Below are positions 18,801-27,308 of a DNA stretch of 63,842 nucleotides, piece after piece. The number at the start of each line of letters is the position of its first letter. Within the stretch, counting starts at the first letter, position 1. Where the stretch lies: positions 1 to 63,842 of the forward strand of contig DAIDAY010000002.1 in assembly GCA_027310365.1 (NCBI GenBank). The letters run 5' to 3'. The stretch is from a bacterium. GTDB taxonomy: Bacteria > Patescibacteriota > Minisyncoccia > UBA6257 > GWB1-50-10. The notes under the pieces were generated by a model. The model had not been told where the DNA came from. It did no database searches and worked only from the letters and a program-made list of their open reading frames with translations. The translations under genes and the position numbers were made by a program.

Positions 18801-18949
18801 GCGGAAGCGTCATGGTTGAGGCGGGAACTTCGGAGGAAACTGTTCAAGACCGTGCGCTTTCGGTTGAAACCGTCGCGGCAGCCCTGAGAGGACAAAAGGT
18901 GAAGAGAGTGATATATATAAAAGGAAAGATTATTAATCTGGTTATTTGA
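15893..18949 (+). CDS. leuS: Leucine--tRNA ligase with inserted NUDIX-like domain
   Basis: MFPYPS..GLHVG, WIGKSEG, FTTRPDT, GTGAIMAVPAHD, DWLISRQRYWG, KMSKS. Confidence 0.97.
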   Translation: MKKYNFSRIEKKWQAKWLKDKTYEPNIEKPRKKGKFYNLMMFPYPSAEGLHVGNMYAFTGSDIYGRFKRMEGYDVLEPIGLDGFGIHSENYALKVGTHPVKQSKVSEKRFYQQLRMIGNGFAWQEHVETYDPEYYRWTQWLFVQMWRHGLAYRKKQSVNWCPKDKTVLADEQVIAGKCERCGAVVEKRELEQWFFKITEYAGRLLKNLDAIDWAEKVKIAQRNWIGKSEGALLRFRLTSDVPSVGVNIKDVGRPYLEVFTTRPDTLFGATYVVLSPEHELVEKLKDRISNFKEVAAYAKKAAGKSDEERIAGGKDLSSHKASAERGKTGVELKGIKAINPANDEEIPVWVADYVLGSYGTGAIMAVPAHDERDFEFAKKFGLPIRQVIALETGIPRPSEERRDGGCGVVFDPRTQKYAVAVHPDGIVRLFGGGFNDGEDGREGTLHEIAEESGLYDFSHVEEIGTCFAHYRNRRKQVYRSGLTKCFLVILRSDKVKERHPEPHEVNLHLEWMPAAEIVKNWKGYNQERDLDHWLAFLREGVARAIELGYDTTSNPAHFPSEALLGVGKVVNSGKFDGVDSEEAKWEITKFVHGEKKTQFHLRDWLISRQRYWGPPIPMIRCEVCAAAGKGENKEMPGWYAVPEKDLPVKLPMVKDFRPEGKGESPLASVKTFYEVKCPACGSKAQRETDVSDTFLDSSWYYIGYLMKCNNGKLKIGDSAFAERMRVWLPVDMYIGGAEHSVLHLLYSRFVSMALHDWGLVDFEEPFTTFRAHGLVIKEGAKMSKSKGNVVNPDEYIKKFGADALRMYLMFMAPLEQGGDFRDSGILGITRFLDRVWKITQRVLDPKKSVHSAPAFADTHHVPDGFKRILHKTIKKVTEDIESLQYNTAISALMILLNEAEKQEKATGLPRYFFEDFLKLLAPFAPHIMEELWRELGNKSSIHLESLPAYEEKMLKENAVEVIVQVNGKRRGSVMVEAGTSEETVQDRALSVETVAAALRGQKVKRVIYIKGKIINLVI

Positions 18950-19231
18950 GACCCTAATTTCACAGTATGCTTCAAACTGCGTTTTCAACTATTTTCACGA
19001 TGCCACAAGGCGGAGCAAGGAAGCTGTGCTTCACAGAAGTCCAGCGACGCAGCTCCAACGCTGTGGATCGAGAAAAGAGCGAAAACCCTTCGGGATACGG
19101 CCAATTTCCCCGAATCGCTGCTTCGCTCTTCCTCGGTGCATCGTCAGAGATTAATACACCTTCGTCATTGCTCATTGCGCTCAGGGAGATTGGTCAGTAT
19201 CACAGTCGAAGATACTTTGAAAATAGGGTCT
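18949..19231. mobile_element. MITE-like non-coding element with ~24-bp imperfect terminal inverted repeats
   Basis: Left end AGACCCTAATTTCACAGTATGCTTC; reverse complement of right end AGACCCTATTTTCAAAGTATCTTC. Confidence 0.6.
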
Positions 19232-19234
19232 AGC

Positions 19235-20194
19235 ATGTGGAAAACCATCTTTTTTATCGTAGCGATCATTCTGGTCATTGTGGCGCTGGTTTTCGTCGTG
19301 CGGCAGGTGAGCAAAAGTGCGCAGTTTGAGAACCTCGGTTCTCTCTTCAAAATTAATTTCCGCAGTCCTTCGCAGTACAACAACGGCAAGGGAAGCGTTT
19401 CGGTAAGCCAAACGAATCAGACGCCGAGTTCCAGGAGCACCACGGGCACTCTCTCATCCCCGTCATCGGGGCAAACTCCCGGCGTCGCGATCCGGAACCA
19501 AAGCTCGATAACGCCGCCGGCGGGGTTCACCGCTGCCGACCTCTCGCCCTCCTACGGCCAGGTGCGAATCGGTTCTGTCTCGGTATCCTCCGGAAGTTAT
19601 GCCCTCAAACGCGTTTCTCTCAATGCTTCATACACTCTCAAGGACCCTGTCGACGTAACGGGATGGAAATTGCAGTCAAATAAAGGAGCTATGCCGATTC
19701 CTCAAGCGATCGACGACTTTGTTCCGCCCGGATTCGGAGACAAGAAAAACATCGTTTTCCCGAGCGGCGGCCGGCTGGACATCTATAATTCATACAGCCC
19801 CGTCAGCGCCAATCTCAGAATGAACCAATGCGCCGGCTATCTGAACAATACCTACCGGTTTATTCCGACGCTCCCATGCACTTCCGTAAGCCTATACCAG
19901 CGCTCGGATATATCCACTTTCCCCGGCGACTGCCAAAGCTTTATCCTTTCTTTGGGGAGCTGCCGCATACCGACGCCCCAGCAGTTGAATGCTTTCACCT
20001 ATGAATACGAATGCCGCGCATTCCTGGATCGGTTCAACTATGCGGGCTGCTACACTCTCGAAAGAAGTTCTCCTGATTTTTTCATGAACCAATGGCTCAT
20101 CTGGTCTCCTGGCGCTTGGCCGTTCGATCCCAGCCACGATCGCGTCCTCCTCTTAGATGCCAAGGGTCTTCTCGTTGACGAATACATCTACTAA
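19235..20194 (+). CDS. Membrane-anchored Cys-rich exported protein (lamin-tail-like, CPR conserved)
   Basis: N-terminal TM, S/T linker, V..TGWKL.S, N.C.GYL, NY.GC, D...LLD..G.LVD.Y.Y. Confidence 0.7.
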   Translation: MWKTIFFIVAIILVIVALVFVVRQVSKSAQFENLGSLFKINFRSPSQYNNGKGSVSVSQTNQTPSSRSTTGTLSSPSSGQTPGVAIRNQSSITPPAGFTAADLSPSYGQVRIGSVSVSSGSYALKRVSLNASYTLKDPVDVTGWKLQSNKGAMPIPQAIDDFVPPGFGDKKNIVFPSGGRLDIYNSYSPVSANLRMNQCAGYLNNTYRFIPTLPCTSVSLYQRSDISTFPGDCQSFILSLGSCRIPTPQQLNAFTYEYECRAFLDRFNYAGCYTLERSSPDFFMNQWLIWSPGAWPFDPSHDRVLLLDAKGLLVDEYIY

Positions 20195-20300
20195 AAATGA
20201 CCGATGAGCTGCATGGCTTTCGTGTAGCGGGAGTTCCCCGCCTCACAGGCGGGGAGTTTCATTGGAAATGAGAGCAATGAGAATAGCGGGAACTGAAGCT

Positions 20301-21356
20301 CTATTTCCGTTCGGCGAGCGTTACGGTGGCTTCCAGTTTCTCTTTGCCGCGGAGGAATTTCAATTTCACGTTGTCCCCGACCTTCGACTGGTCGAGCATA
20401 TCCTGGACAGAATCGCTCGTGAGGTGCTCACCGTTCCACTCGATGATGATGTCGTTTTCTTTGATACCGGCGATGTCCGCCGGACTTCCCGTTACCACAG
20501 CTTCATCCATGGGGTGCTCCTTCGTGACGTACACGCCATAGTCGACGGGAAGGGACATTTTTTCCATCATGTTCTTGTCGATCGTGACATAGCGGATGCC
20601 GAGGAGCGGCCGCTTGATTCTGCCGAACTTTTTTAAATCGTCGACATCGCGCTTCGCCGTGTTGATCGGTATGGCGAAGTTGATGTTTTGCGCTCCGGCC
20701 ACCACCGCCGCATTGATGCCGACGACATACCCTTTCAAATCAACCAAAGGACCGCCGGAGTTTCCCGGATTGATGGCCGCATCGGTTTGAATAAGGCCGC
20801 GCAGTTCTTGAATCGGTTCGCGGGGATCTGGTTTTGCTTTCACGGATCGCGAGAGTCCGGAGATGATTCCCATCGAAACCGTATTCTTGAAAATGCCTAA
20901 GGCATTGCCAATTGCCAAAACCGTCTGTCCTAACTCGACGTTCGAAGAATTGCCGAGTTTGAGGAAGGGAAAATATTCTCCGTGTTCGGGGAAGATTTTC
21001 AAGATGGCGACGTCATTGATTGGATCCCGCGCGAGAAGTTCCGCTTCGAAAACCTCCCCTTTGTCTGTGATTGCTTTGTAGGTAACCTTTGATTCCGCGA
21101 TGACGTGCTTGTTGGTAAGAATGATTCCTTTCTCGTCGACAAAAAATCCCGAACCGCCGCCGATCTCGACAGTGCCGTCGGCATTGATCTTGTCCTTGGG
21201 TATCTCATTTCTTTTCTTCGATTTCTTCCCGTATGATTCGTTCGATAACCCCAATTCTTTTTTTAGGTCCTCCACGTCCTTGGAGAGAACGATGGAAACC
21301 ACGGCCGGCATGGTCTTTTTGATGATTCTAATGGTTTTTGCGTCGTTGCCGAGCAT
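20301..21356 (-). CDS. HtrA/DegP-like serine protease (trypsin plus PDZ), no signal peptide
   Basis: GSGF, TNKHV, DVA, IQTDAAINPGNSGGPL, C-terminal PDZ. Confidence 0.93.
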   Translation of the reverse strand: MLGNDAKTIRIIKKTMPAVVSIVLSKDVEDLKKELGLSNESYGKKSKKRNEIPKDKINADGTVEIGGGSGFFVDEKGIILTNKHVIAESKVTYKAITDKGEVFEAELLARDPINDVAILKIFPEHGEYFPFLKLGNSSNVELGQTVLAIGNALGIFKNTVSMGIISGLSRSVKAKPDPREPIQELRGLIQTDAAINPGNSGGPLVDLKGYVVGINAAVVAGAQNINFAIPINTAKRDVDDLKKFGRIKRPLLGIRYVTIDKNMMEKMSLPVDYGVYVTKEHPMDEAVVTGSPADIAGIKENDIIIEWNGEHLTSDSVQDMLDQSKVGDNVKLKFLRGKEKLEATVTLAERK

Positions 21357-21447
21357 GTGTTCATTTTACCCCCCATCTCATAAAGATTAAGTGCGCGCCG
21401 GAAGATGTGGATTTTCATTGGGTTCGATGGGAGAGTACCCAAGGAGC

Positions 21448-21483
21448 AAAAAATAATCGCCCCCCGTAAGGGGGACGATTATT
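21448..21483 (-). terminator. Intrinsic terminator after the Lys-rich micro-ORF
   Basis: Minus strand AATAATCGTCCCCC-TTAC-GGGGGGCGATTATTTTTT. Confidence 0.8.
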
Positions 21484-21491
21484 GAGCATGA

Positions 21492-21554
21492 TTATCTTCT
21501 CTTGCTCTTCTTGGCCTTCTTCGAAGACTTCTTTGCCTTCTTTTTTGCTGCCAT
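21492..21554 (-). CDS. 20-aa highly basic peptide MAAKKKAKKSSKKAKKSKRR
   Basis: Clean ATG...TAA with an upstream TATAAT and a downstream terminator; not in the ORF track. Confidence 0.65.
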   Translation of the reverse strand: MAAKKKAKKSSKKAKKSKRR

Positions 21555-21731
21555 TGTTTTTTGTTTTTGCTTTAAGTCGTGATGTTGGATTGTCGACTCT
21601 CCAATCGCGTCAGACTCTTTTCTCTATATCTTTATTATAGAGTTTTCATTCGAAAAAAATCTGTGGATAACTATTTTCTCATGAAATATCTCCCCGCTCA
21701 GGCTGTCTCGAAAAAAATTATGGTTCGCCGA

Positions 21732-21822
21732 GGATATGATGTCGCGGCATTGAGGATCATCGCCGAAGAGGCTGGCGGGAAGGCCACGGACTTGAATGGA
21801 AAGGAGCAGCGGTATAACGAAG
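21732..21822 (+). pseudogene. Inositol monophosphatase/CysQ family C-terminal remnant
   Basis: YDVAALRIIAEEAGGKATDLNG matches the WDxAA..I..EAGG..TD..G signature; the N-terminal part is absent. Confidence 0.6.
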
Positions 21823-21978
21823 ACGACACAGGCTCCACACCGAGATCTTGTCGCGCGTCCAAGATGGGAAATTTAAAAAAACGAACCGCACGGTGGGTAC
21901 TGTGCGGTTGTCGATGAAACTTGTGTGTTCTCTATTTGCCGTCTCGGTAAACTTGAGTTTCGAGGCGAGGAACATCGC

Positions 21979-22188
21979 CTAACCGTGGACTCGGTTTGGA
22001 GCCGAGTCGGATTCGGATTTTTCCGTGAACTCGTCCCAAGCGCTTTTGTAGCCATCTTTCTTGTCGCTTTCGGCGAGCGCGATGAGACGATCCCAGTCTG
22101 CTTCTACTTCTGCTATGTTTTCCGGCGGAACAAGAAGCTTGTGGAGTAGGTTGAGCTTCGCTTCAAGCAGTTCATTAAATGCAGCCAT
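21979..22188 (-). CDS. Hypothetical protein
   Basis: SD AAGGAG, 2 bp after the upstream gene. Confidence 0.6.
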   Translation of the reverse strand: MAAFNELLEAKLNLLHKLLVPPENIAEVEADWDRLIALAESDKKDGYKSAWDEFTEKSESDSAPNRVHG

Positions 22189-22190
22189 TT

Positions 22191-22997
22191 TTACTCCTTC
22201 TTTCTCATTTTTTCAATGACATCCCGTATTTCCTTGGGTAAATCCTTCGCATTGATGGCGATCCCGAGAACGCCGTGACCCTTTATCTCTTCAACAAGCC
22301 GGCTGAACATTTCTTGGATTCTGCCTGCCATCTCCGCTCCGGTGGTCTCTTCCGCATCCTTCTTTACCATATGGAGAATGATGCGGAAAATCTTAAAGCG
22401 ATCGAAGAGCGATGACTGCCGGTCCATGATATTCCAGAGAGCAACCGCGAGGGCAGTTTCGTCGCTGGAACCGCGATTCAGAAGGTTCATGATGAGAGCC
22501 GTCTCTTCGCGTTCGTTGGCGAGGCTGCCGTCTTCGGCAGGTGCGGCTGCCGGGGATTCGTCGAGGTCATCAATGAAATAGATGTCGTCCGGGATGCGGG
22601 TATAGGGTGTGTGGCTGTCTCTCAAAAGCGCGGTCAGAAAGAAATCTCTCTCATCGTCTTTTTCGAAACGCTTTTGATACGCCCATACTTTCTCTGCGAG
22701 GTACTCTTCCGTTGGGTTGTGTTTGATCCACACGTGAAAGACCTTGAGGGCATCGGTCAAGATGGTTTCACTGAGTTCCTGAAATCGCTCATTGGTCATC
22801 CTGCGCCCTTTATCTGTGAAATCACTCTCGAGTGCAAGGTGACTGGTGCGTAGTACGAATGCCAAGAGCGGTATCTGATCCGCTTCGGGTGCTGCGTCAA
22901 GTATGTCGATGATCTTGCTTGCCTTCTCGGTAGTGAGTTCAAAACTGCCGCCCAATATGTCGAGCAGCAGCTGCTCGATTTCCTTTCTGTCGTTCAT
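22191..22997 (-). CDS. Hypothetical acidic helical protein
   Basis: 268-aa ORF with SD AAGGAGG and upstream TTGACA-17-TATTAT. Confidence 0.75.
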   Translation of the reverse strand: MNDRKEIEQLLLDILGGSFELTTEKASKIIDILDAAPEADQIPLLAFVLRTSHLALESDFTDKGRRMTNERFQELSETILTDALKVFHVWIKHNPTEEYLAEKVWAYQKRFEKDDERDFFLTALLRDSHTPYTRIPDDIYFIDDLDESPAAAPAEDGSLANEREETALIMNLLNRGSSDETALAVALWNIMDRQSSLFDRFKIFRIILHMVKKDAEETTGAEMAGRIQEMFSRLVEEIKGHGVLGIAINAKDLPKEIRDVIEKMRKKE

Positions 22998-23165
22998 AAA
23001 AACCTCCTTTTTGGATTTCCGTCACTATTCTTTGTAACAATGAACACTGAGAACAAAATAATAAATTATTTATCTTGAGATGTCAATGGCATGTGTGAAG
23101 ATGACACCCGTTGAGTCTACGATACCGGACATCGTAAGATTGGCTTTGTGGTATGATAAAACAAT

Positions 23166-24104
23166 ATGAAATTCAAAAAAGCAGTTTTGATAAAAATCGC
23201 GGATACGCACCTTGACCCCAAGTATTGGGGCGAGATCGACGCTTTGGTCGAAAAGAGGGTATCCCTTGACGTTGATGATCCGAAATTGAAGGAAGAGTTG
23301 AAAGATTGTGATTGTCTCTTGGTCGGTTTCCAGATTCCCATTGACGAAGACATCATCGCTGCCGCGCCGAACTTGAAATACATCGGCATCCTCGCGACGG
23401 CGTACGGCATCGTCGATCTTGCCGCGGCGGCCAAACGAAACATCCCCGTCTGCAACCTCGGCGGATACAGCACGGAATCCGTCGCGGAGTTTGTGATCGC
23501 GGCGCTCCTCCACGAGATGCGGGGCATCAAAGAAGGTTTGAAGCGTTCCGAGTTGGGTAACTACAGTTTCGAGGGGATGTGCGCCCGGGAACTGAAAGGC
23601 AGCGACTTTGGTGTCATTGGTCTCGGGAATATCGGGAGGCGCGTCGCGGAACTCGCGGCGGGTTTCGGTGCCAACGTCAGTTATTGGTCCCGCACGAAAA
23701 AAGAATCCCCATTCCAGTACCGGGAACTCGATGATCTTTTGAGCCATTCAACCTTTATCTCCGTGAACGTCGCGGAGTCGGAAGGAACAAAGGCGCTCCT
23801 GAATGCCGAAAACCTGCCGCTCATGAAACCGGGGAGTATCCTTGTGAGTACGGTTCCGCCGACGGTCATCAATACGGATGCGCTGGTTGCCCGGCTTTCG
23901 AAGAACGACATGACGTTCGTTTTTGATCATCCGGACGAAATGCCGAAGGAAGAACTTGCGAAGCTTGTAAGGTTCAAGAACTGCGTTACCTATCCACCCA
24001 TCGCGTTCATAAGCGACGAGGCGCGAATCGCCAAGCAGGAAATATTTGTCGGGAACATGGCCGACTTTCTCGAAGGCAAAGCTCCGAGGAATAAAGTCAA
24101 CTGA
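23166..24104 (+). CDS. D-isomer-specific 2-hydroxyacid dehydrogenase family
   Basis: SVAE, GVIGLGNIG, MKPG.IL; the usual catalytic Arg and His positions look altered. Confidence 0.85.
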   Translation: MKFKKAVLIKIADTHLDPKYWGEIDALVEKRVSLDVDDPKLKEELKDCDCLLVGFQIPIDEDIIAAAPNLKYIGILATAYGIVDLAAAAKRNIPVCNLGGYSTESVAEFVIAALLHEMRGIKEGLKRSELGNYSFEGMCARELKGSDFGVIGLGNIGRRVAELAAGFGANVSYWSRTKKESPFQYRELDDLLSHSTFISVNVAESEGTKALLNAENLPLMKPGSILVSTVPPTVINTDALVARLSKNDMTFVFDHPDEMPKEELAKLVRFKNCVTYPPIAFISDEARIAKQEIFVGNMADFLEGKAPRNKVN

Positions 24105-24127
24105 AGGTAGTGGAGTACAATAGAATC

Positions 24128-24700
24128 ATGGCGACGAACGTTCTCATCTTCCACGGTACGGAAGGATACCCCGGGGAGAATTGGTTTCCTTGGATGAAGG
24201 CGGAGCTCGAAAAGCACGGCTGCAAGGTTTTCGTTCCTCAATTTCCGTCGCCGCCCGTCGTGCCCGCGAAGATCGGCGAGTGGTTCGACGTGCTGAAGGA
24301 ATACGAGCAATATATCAACAAACAAACAATCCTCATCGGCCACAGTTTGGGAGGCAAGTTCCTTCTGCGGGTACTGGAGAAACTAAATCATCCGGTCAGA
24401 GCCGTCTTCTTCGTCGGAACGCCCATCGGCATTCCGCCCATCGCGAACAACGATCGGGACAACGCTTTCACAGGAAATGATTTCGCTTGGGACAACATTA
24501 AGAAGAAGGCGGAATATTTCGGCGTCTTCCAGTCGGACAACGATCCGTACGTCGGCCTTAGTAACGGCAAGGAGCTCGCAAAGCATCTCGGCGTCGAGCT
24601 TTTCTTCGTACCGAACGCGGGCCATTTCAACACGGCCGCCGGTTATACGAAATTCGAGGCCTTGTGTGATCGGGTGCTCGGAGTTCTCGTGAATTCCTAA
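24128..24700 (+). CDS. RBBP9/YdeN alpha/beta hydrolase
   Basis: HG...NWFPW, GHSLG, S.NDPYV, AGHFN. Confidence 0.92.
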   Translation: MATNVLIFHGTEGYPGENWFPWMKAELEKHGCKVFVPQFPSPPVVPAKIGEWFDVLKEYEQYINKQTILIGHSLGGKFLLRVLEKLNHPVRAVFFVGTPIGIPPIANNDRDNAFTGNDFAWDNIKKKAEYFGVFQSDNDPYVGLSNGKELAKHLGVELFFVPNAGHFNTAAGYTKFEALCDRVLGVLVNS

Positions 24701-24839
24701 GCCCTTCCCCTCGGCGCGAAAGTGAAATTGAAGGCGGCGGGGTAGGTGAGGGGCTGTGTATAACTTTTGACATTGGTATTGACAAATATTCTGACATGAG
24801 CTATCTTGATAGCAAAGTCGAGATAATTCCTATTAGGCT

Positions 24840-25613
24840 ATGCTTTCAAAATTTATCCAACGACTGCGAGAAGAACGGGGCTTCACGCAGGAGTTTTTGG
24901 CGTCGAAACTTGGCATTTCCCGCCCGACATATATACAGATTGAAAGAGGAGAGCGAGATTTAACTGTTACTGAGGCGCAAAAGCTTGCAGATGTTTTTGG
25001 TATTACTCTTGAAAATTTTCTCGCACAAAAGGCGCCGAAGCATGAAGTTGTTATCGAACGTGGTAAAAAAATATCAGACGATTCAGCCGATCTCAAGATT
25101 CGTATCATGGAAAAGAACCTCGAGAAATTTAAGCAGGTGCTTTTATATATTCTAGAGAAAGTGGGAAGCAAACCGAATGTCGGCGAAACCGTGTTGCATA
25201 AGCTTCTTTACTTTATTGACTTCGATTATTACGAGAAATTCGAAGAGAATCTGATGGGGGCGACGTACATCAAAAACCATCACGGGCCGACATCGGTCGA
25301 GCTTGGAACCGTCATTGAAGATATGGAGAAGAGCGGCGAGCTTGAGGGGGTAAAAAGCCAGTACTTTAAATATGAACAGAAAAAATACCTGCCGCGGAAG
25401 CATCCCAATCTCAATATTCTTTCCGCGCGAGAGGTTGAACATATTGATGATGTGCTCGCGCGGCTTTCAGACAAGAATGCCAAAGAGATAGAAAATTATT
25501 CACACGAGGACATCCCATGGAAATCCGCGGAGGACGGCAAGCCACTCTCCTACGAAAGTGTCTTTTATCGTGATGAGAAATACTCCGTGAGGAACTATAG
25601 CGATGAACTTTGA
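24840..25613 (+). CDS. XRE-HTH plus DUF4065 (SocA/Panacea) antitoxin
   Basis: HTH (TQE.LA..LGISR.TY..IE.G), then L.KLLYFIDF, Y....GP, SH.D.PW. Confidence 0.85.
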   Translation: MLSKFIQRLREERGFTQEFLASKLGISRPTYIQIERGERDLTVTEAQKLADVFGITLENFLAQKAPKHEVVIERGKKISDDSADLKIRIMEKNLEKFKQVLLYILEKVGSKPNVGETVLHKLLYFIDFDYYEKFEENLMGATYIKNHHGPTSVELGTVIEDMEKSGELEGVKSQYFKYEQKKYLPRKHPNLNILSAREVEHIDDVLARLSDKNAKEIENYSHEDIPWKSAEDGKPLSYESVFYRDEKYSVRNYSDEL

Positions 25614-25941
25614 TGAACTGCCAGAATTTCAAAAAGAGTTCAAGCGACTCGCCAAAAAATATCAGTCGCTGCCTGACGATATCCAGGAATTCAAGAAAGT
25701 CGTTTCGGTTATTCCTCTCGGCAACAGCAAGCACTTCAATATCATCACTCAGAATGAAACTTTCTGCGTCATAAAAGCGCGGTTGTTTTGTCGCTATCTC
25801 AAGGGTTCATCGCTCCGAGTAATCTACGCCTACCACGAAAAAGAACAACGGATTGATTTTATTGAACTGTATTTCAAGGGCGATAAGGAAAATGAAGATC
25901 GTGAGAGAATTAAAGAATATCTCGAAAGGGAAAAATTATAA
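25603..25941 (+). CDS. RelE/ParE-like toxin
   Basis: F.KEFKRL.KKY.SL..D, LRVIY, IELYFKGDKEN; overlaps the antitoxin stop. Confidence 0.75.
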   Translation: MNFDELPEFQKEFKRLAKKYQSLPDDIQEFKKVVSVIPLGNSKHFNIITQNETFCVIKARLFCRYLKGSSLRVIYAYHEKEQRIDFIELYFKGDKENEDRERIKEYLEREKL

Positions 25942-25949
25942 CACCGATT

Positions 25950-26204
25950 ATGGCTAGCGCAAAATGTAAAATCTGTGGGGCGATGATAATTGCCAGTATG
26001 GGTTTGACCGTGGCTATGGAGTCGCTTCCCGCCATCTGCAGAAACTGCGATGCAAAACTACAACATCCGCCGGAGGAGAACACCTTAGTAAAAATAATCA
26101 CCGTATCAACAACAGGGACCACGGCATTTTTGGCAGCCGCCTCGGGCTTTACCCTGAACTCGAATCAAGATATTTACAGCCAGTGGCATCAGGTTATTGA
26201 ATAA
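25950..26204 (+). CDS. Hypothetical small protein with two CxxC motifs
   Basis: CKIC...CRNC. Confidence 0.35.
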   Translation: MASAKCKICGAMIIASMGLTVAMESLPAICRNCDAKLQHPPEENTLVKIITVSTTGTTAFLAAASGFTLNSNQDIYSQWHQVIE

Positions 26205-26267
26205 CCCCGCAACTCTCCAGAAGGTCTTAAGCTAAAGTGCGTATGTCTCATTGAATTTAGACTGTCT

Positions 26268-27236
26268 ATGGGTAAAAAACCGCAAAGACGAAAATATAAA
26301 ATAATAAGAGAGGAATCTTATAGCTACCTCTCTTTTTCGTTTAGCAAAACAGATAAGAGGAAGCTGTTTAAACTACCGAATGAAATCTTCGGCGATGTAT
26401 GCGAGAAAAGGATCGCGGAACCAATATTAGCAAAAACATTTCAAGTTTATAAACCAGAGATGCTTATTCAAAAAGCATGGGATCGGTCATATTTTGAGAT
26501 GCTAAAACTATACAAGAAACACTACAAGAAGCCATTTAAGAAGGATCGCCATTTTCTTATCAATACATTCCTTTCTCCGTTTGGGATTTCCTTTAAAGAG
26601 AATCGAGACCTTCTCACAAATGACTTGCTCCCACGGAGACTTTTTACCAACAAAGAGATCAACAATAAATATTTCCCCGATTTCTTATCTGATCGGGTTA
26701 TTGAGAAAAAGTTAAGAACCGAAATAGAGTGCTTCGTACATTTTTGGGCGAATCGATTTTGGGTTTCTTCAGACCCAGATCTTGGAAGGCAATACAGGAT
26801 ACTCACTCCATGGGAGAAAATCGTGTTGTGTGAACTTGTACGCCGCAACCTCCGCCCTCGTCGCAGGGGGATGATTCCAGACAAGCTAGAAAAAATGATG
26901 ATAGGAGATATATACAAGGCTTATGGAAAAGTTGTTTTAGATCATCTTCCCAGTACTCCAGCTAAAGACATCAGTTTACTGAGACAGTGCCTATCTTCTT
27001 ACTCAACAAAAGAAGACTTTTTCTGTGTATCTAAATCCAAATCACGTTTCGAAAAACCATTTTATTTCGTGGAGGTAAAAGGCGAGAGGGTTAAAGCCAA
27101 CCATCCTACTTTTACGCTCAGCCAAAAGGAATTTTTCCATCAATTTAAGGGCAAGGTAGGCATCTTAATACTGCGGATATTCTTGGCTCAGAACAAGATA
27201 GAGGTAAAATGGCTTATTCCAAACTCGGAATCATAA
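26268..27236 (+). CDS. AT-rich protein with C-terminal PD-(D/E)XK (VRR-NUC-like) nuclease motif
   Basis: EDFF...YFVEVKG...T.SQKEF. Confidence 0.55.
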   Translation: MGKKPQRRKYKIIREESYSYLSFSFSKTDKRKLFKLPNEIFGDVCEKRIAEPILAKTFQVYKPEMLIQKAWDRSYFEMLKLYKKHYKKPFKKDRHFLINTFLSPFGISFKENRDLLTNDLLPRRLFTNKEINNKYFPDFLSDRVIEKKLRTEIECFVHFWANRFWVSSDPDLGRQYRILTPWEKIVLCELVRRNLRPRRRGMIPDKLEKMMIGDIYKAYGKVVLDHLPSTPAKDISLLRQCLSSYSTKEDFFCVSKSKSRFEKPFYFVEVKGERVKANHPTFTLSQKEFFHQFKGKVGILILRIFLAQNKIEVKWLIPNSES

Positions 27237-27308
27237 AGTTCGTCAAACCCTTCCTTGGAAGTTACTCAAAGTTTACAATCTCATTGAACCCAACGTACCA
27301 TTTCGGGT

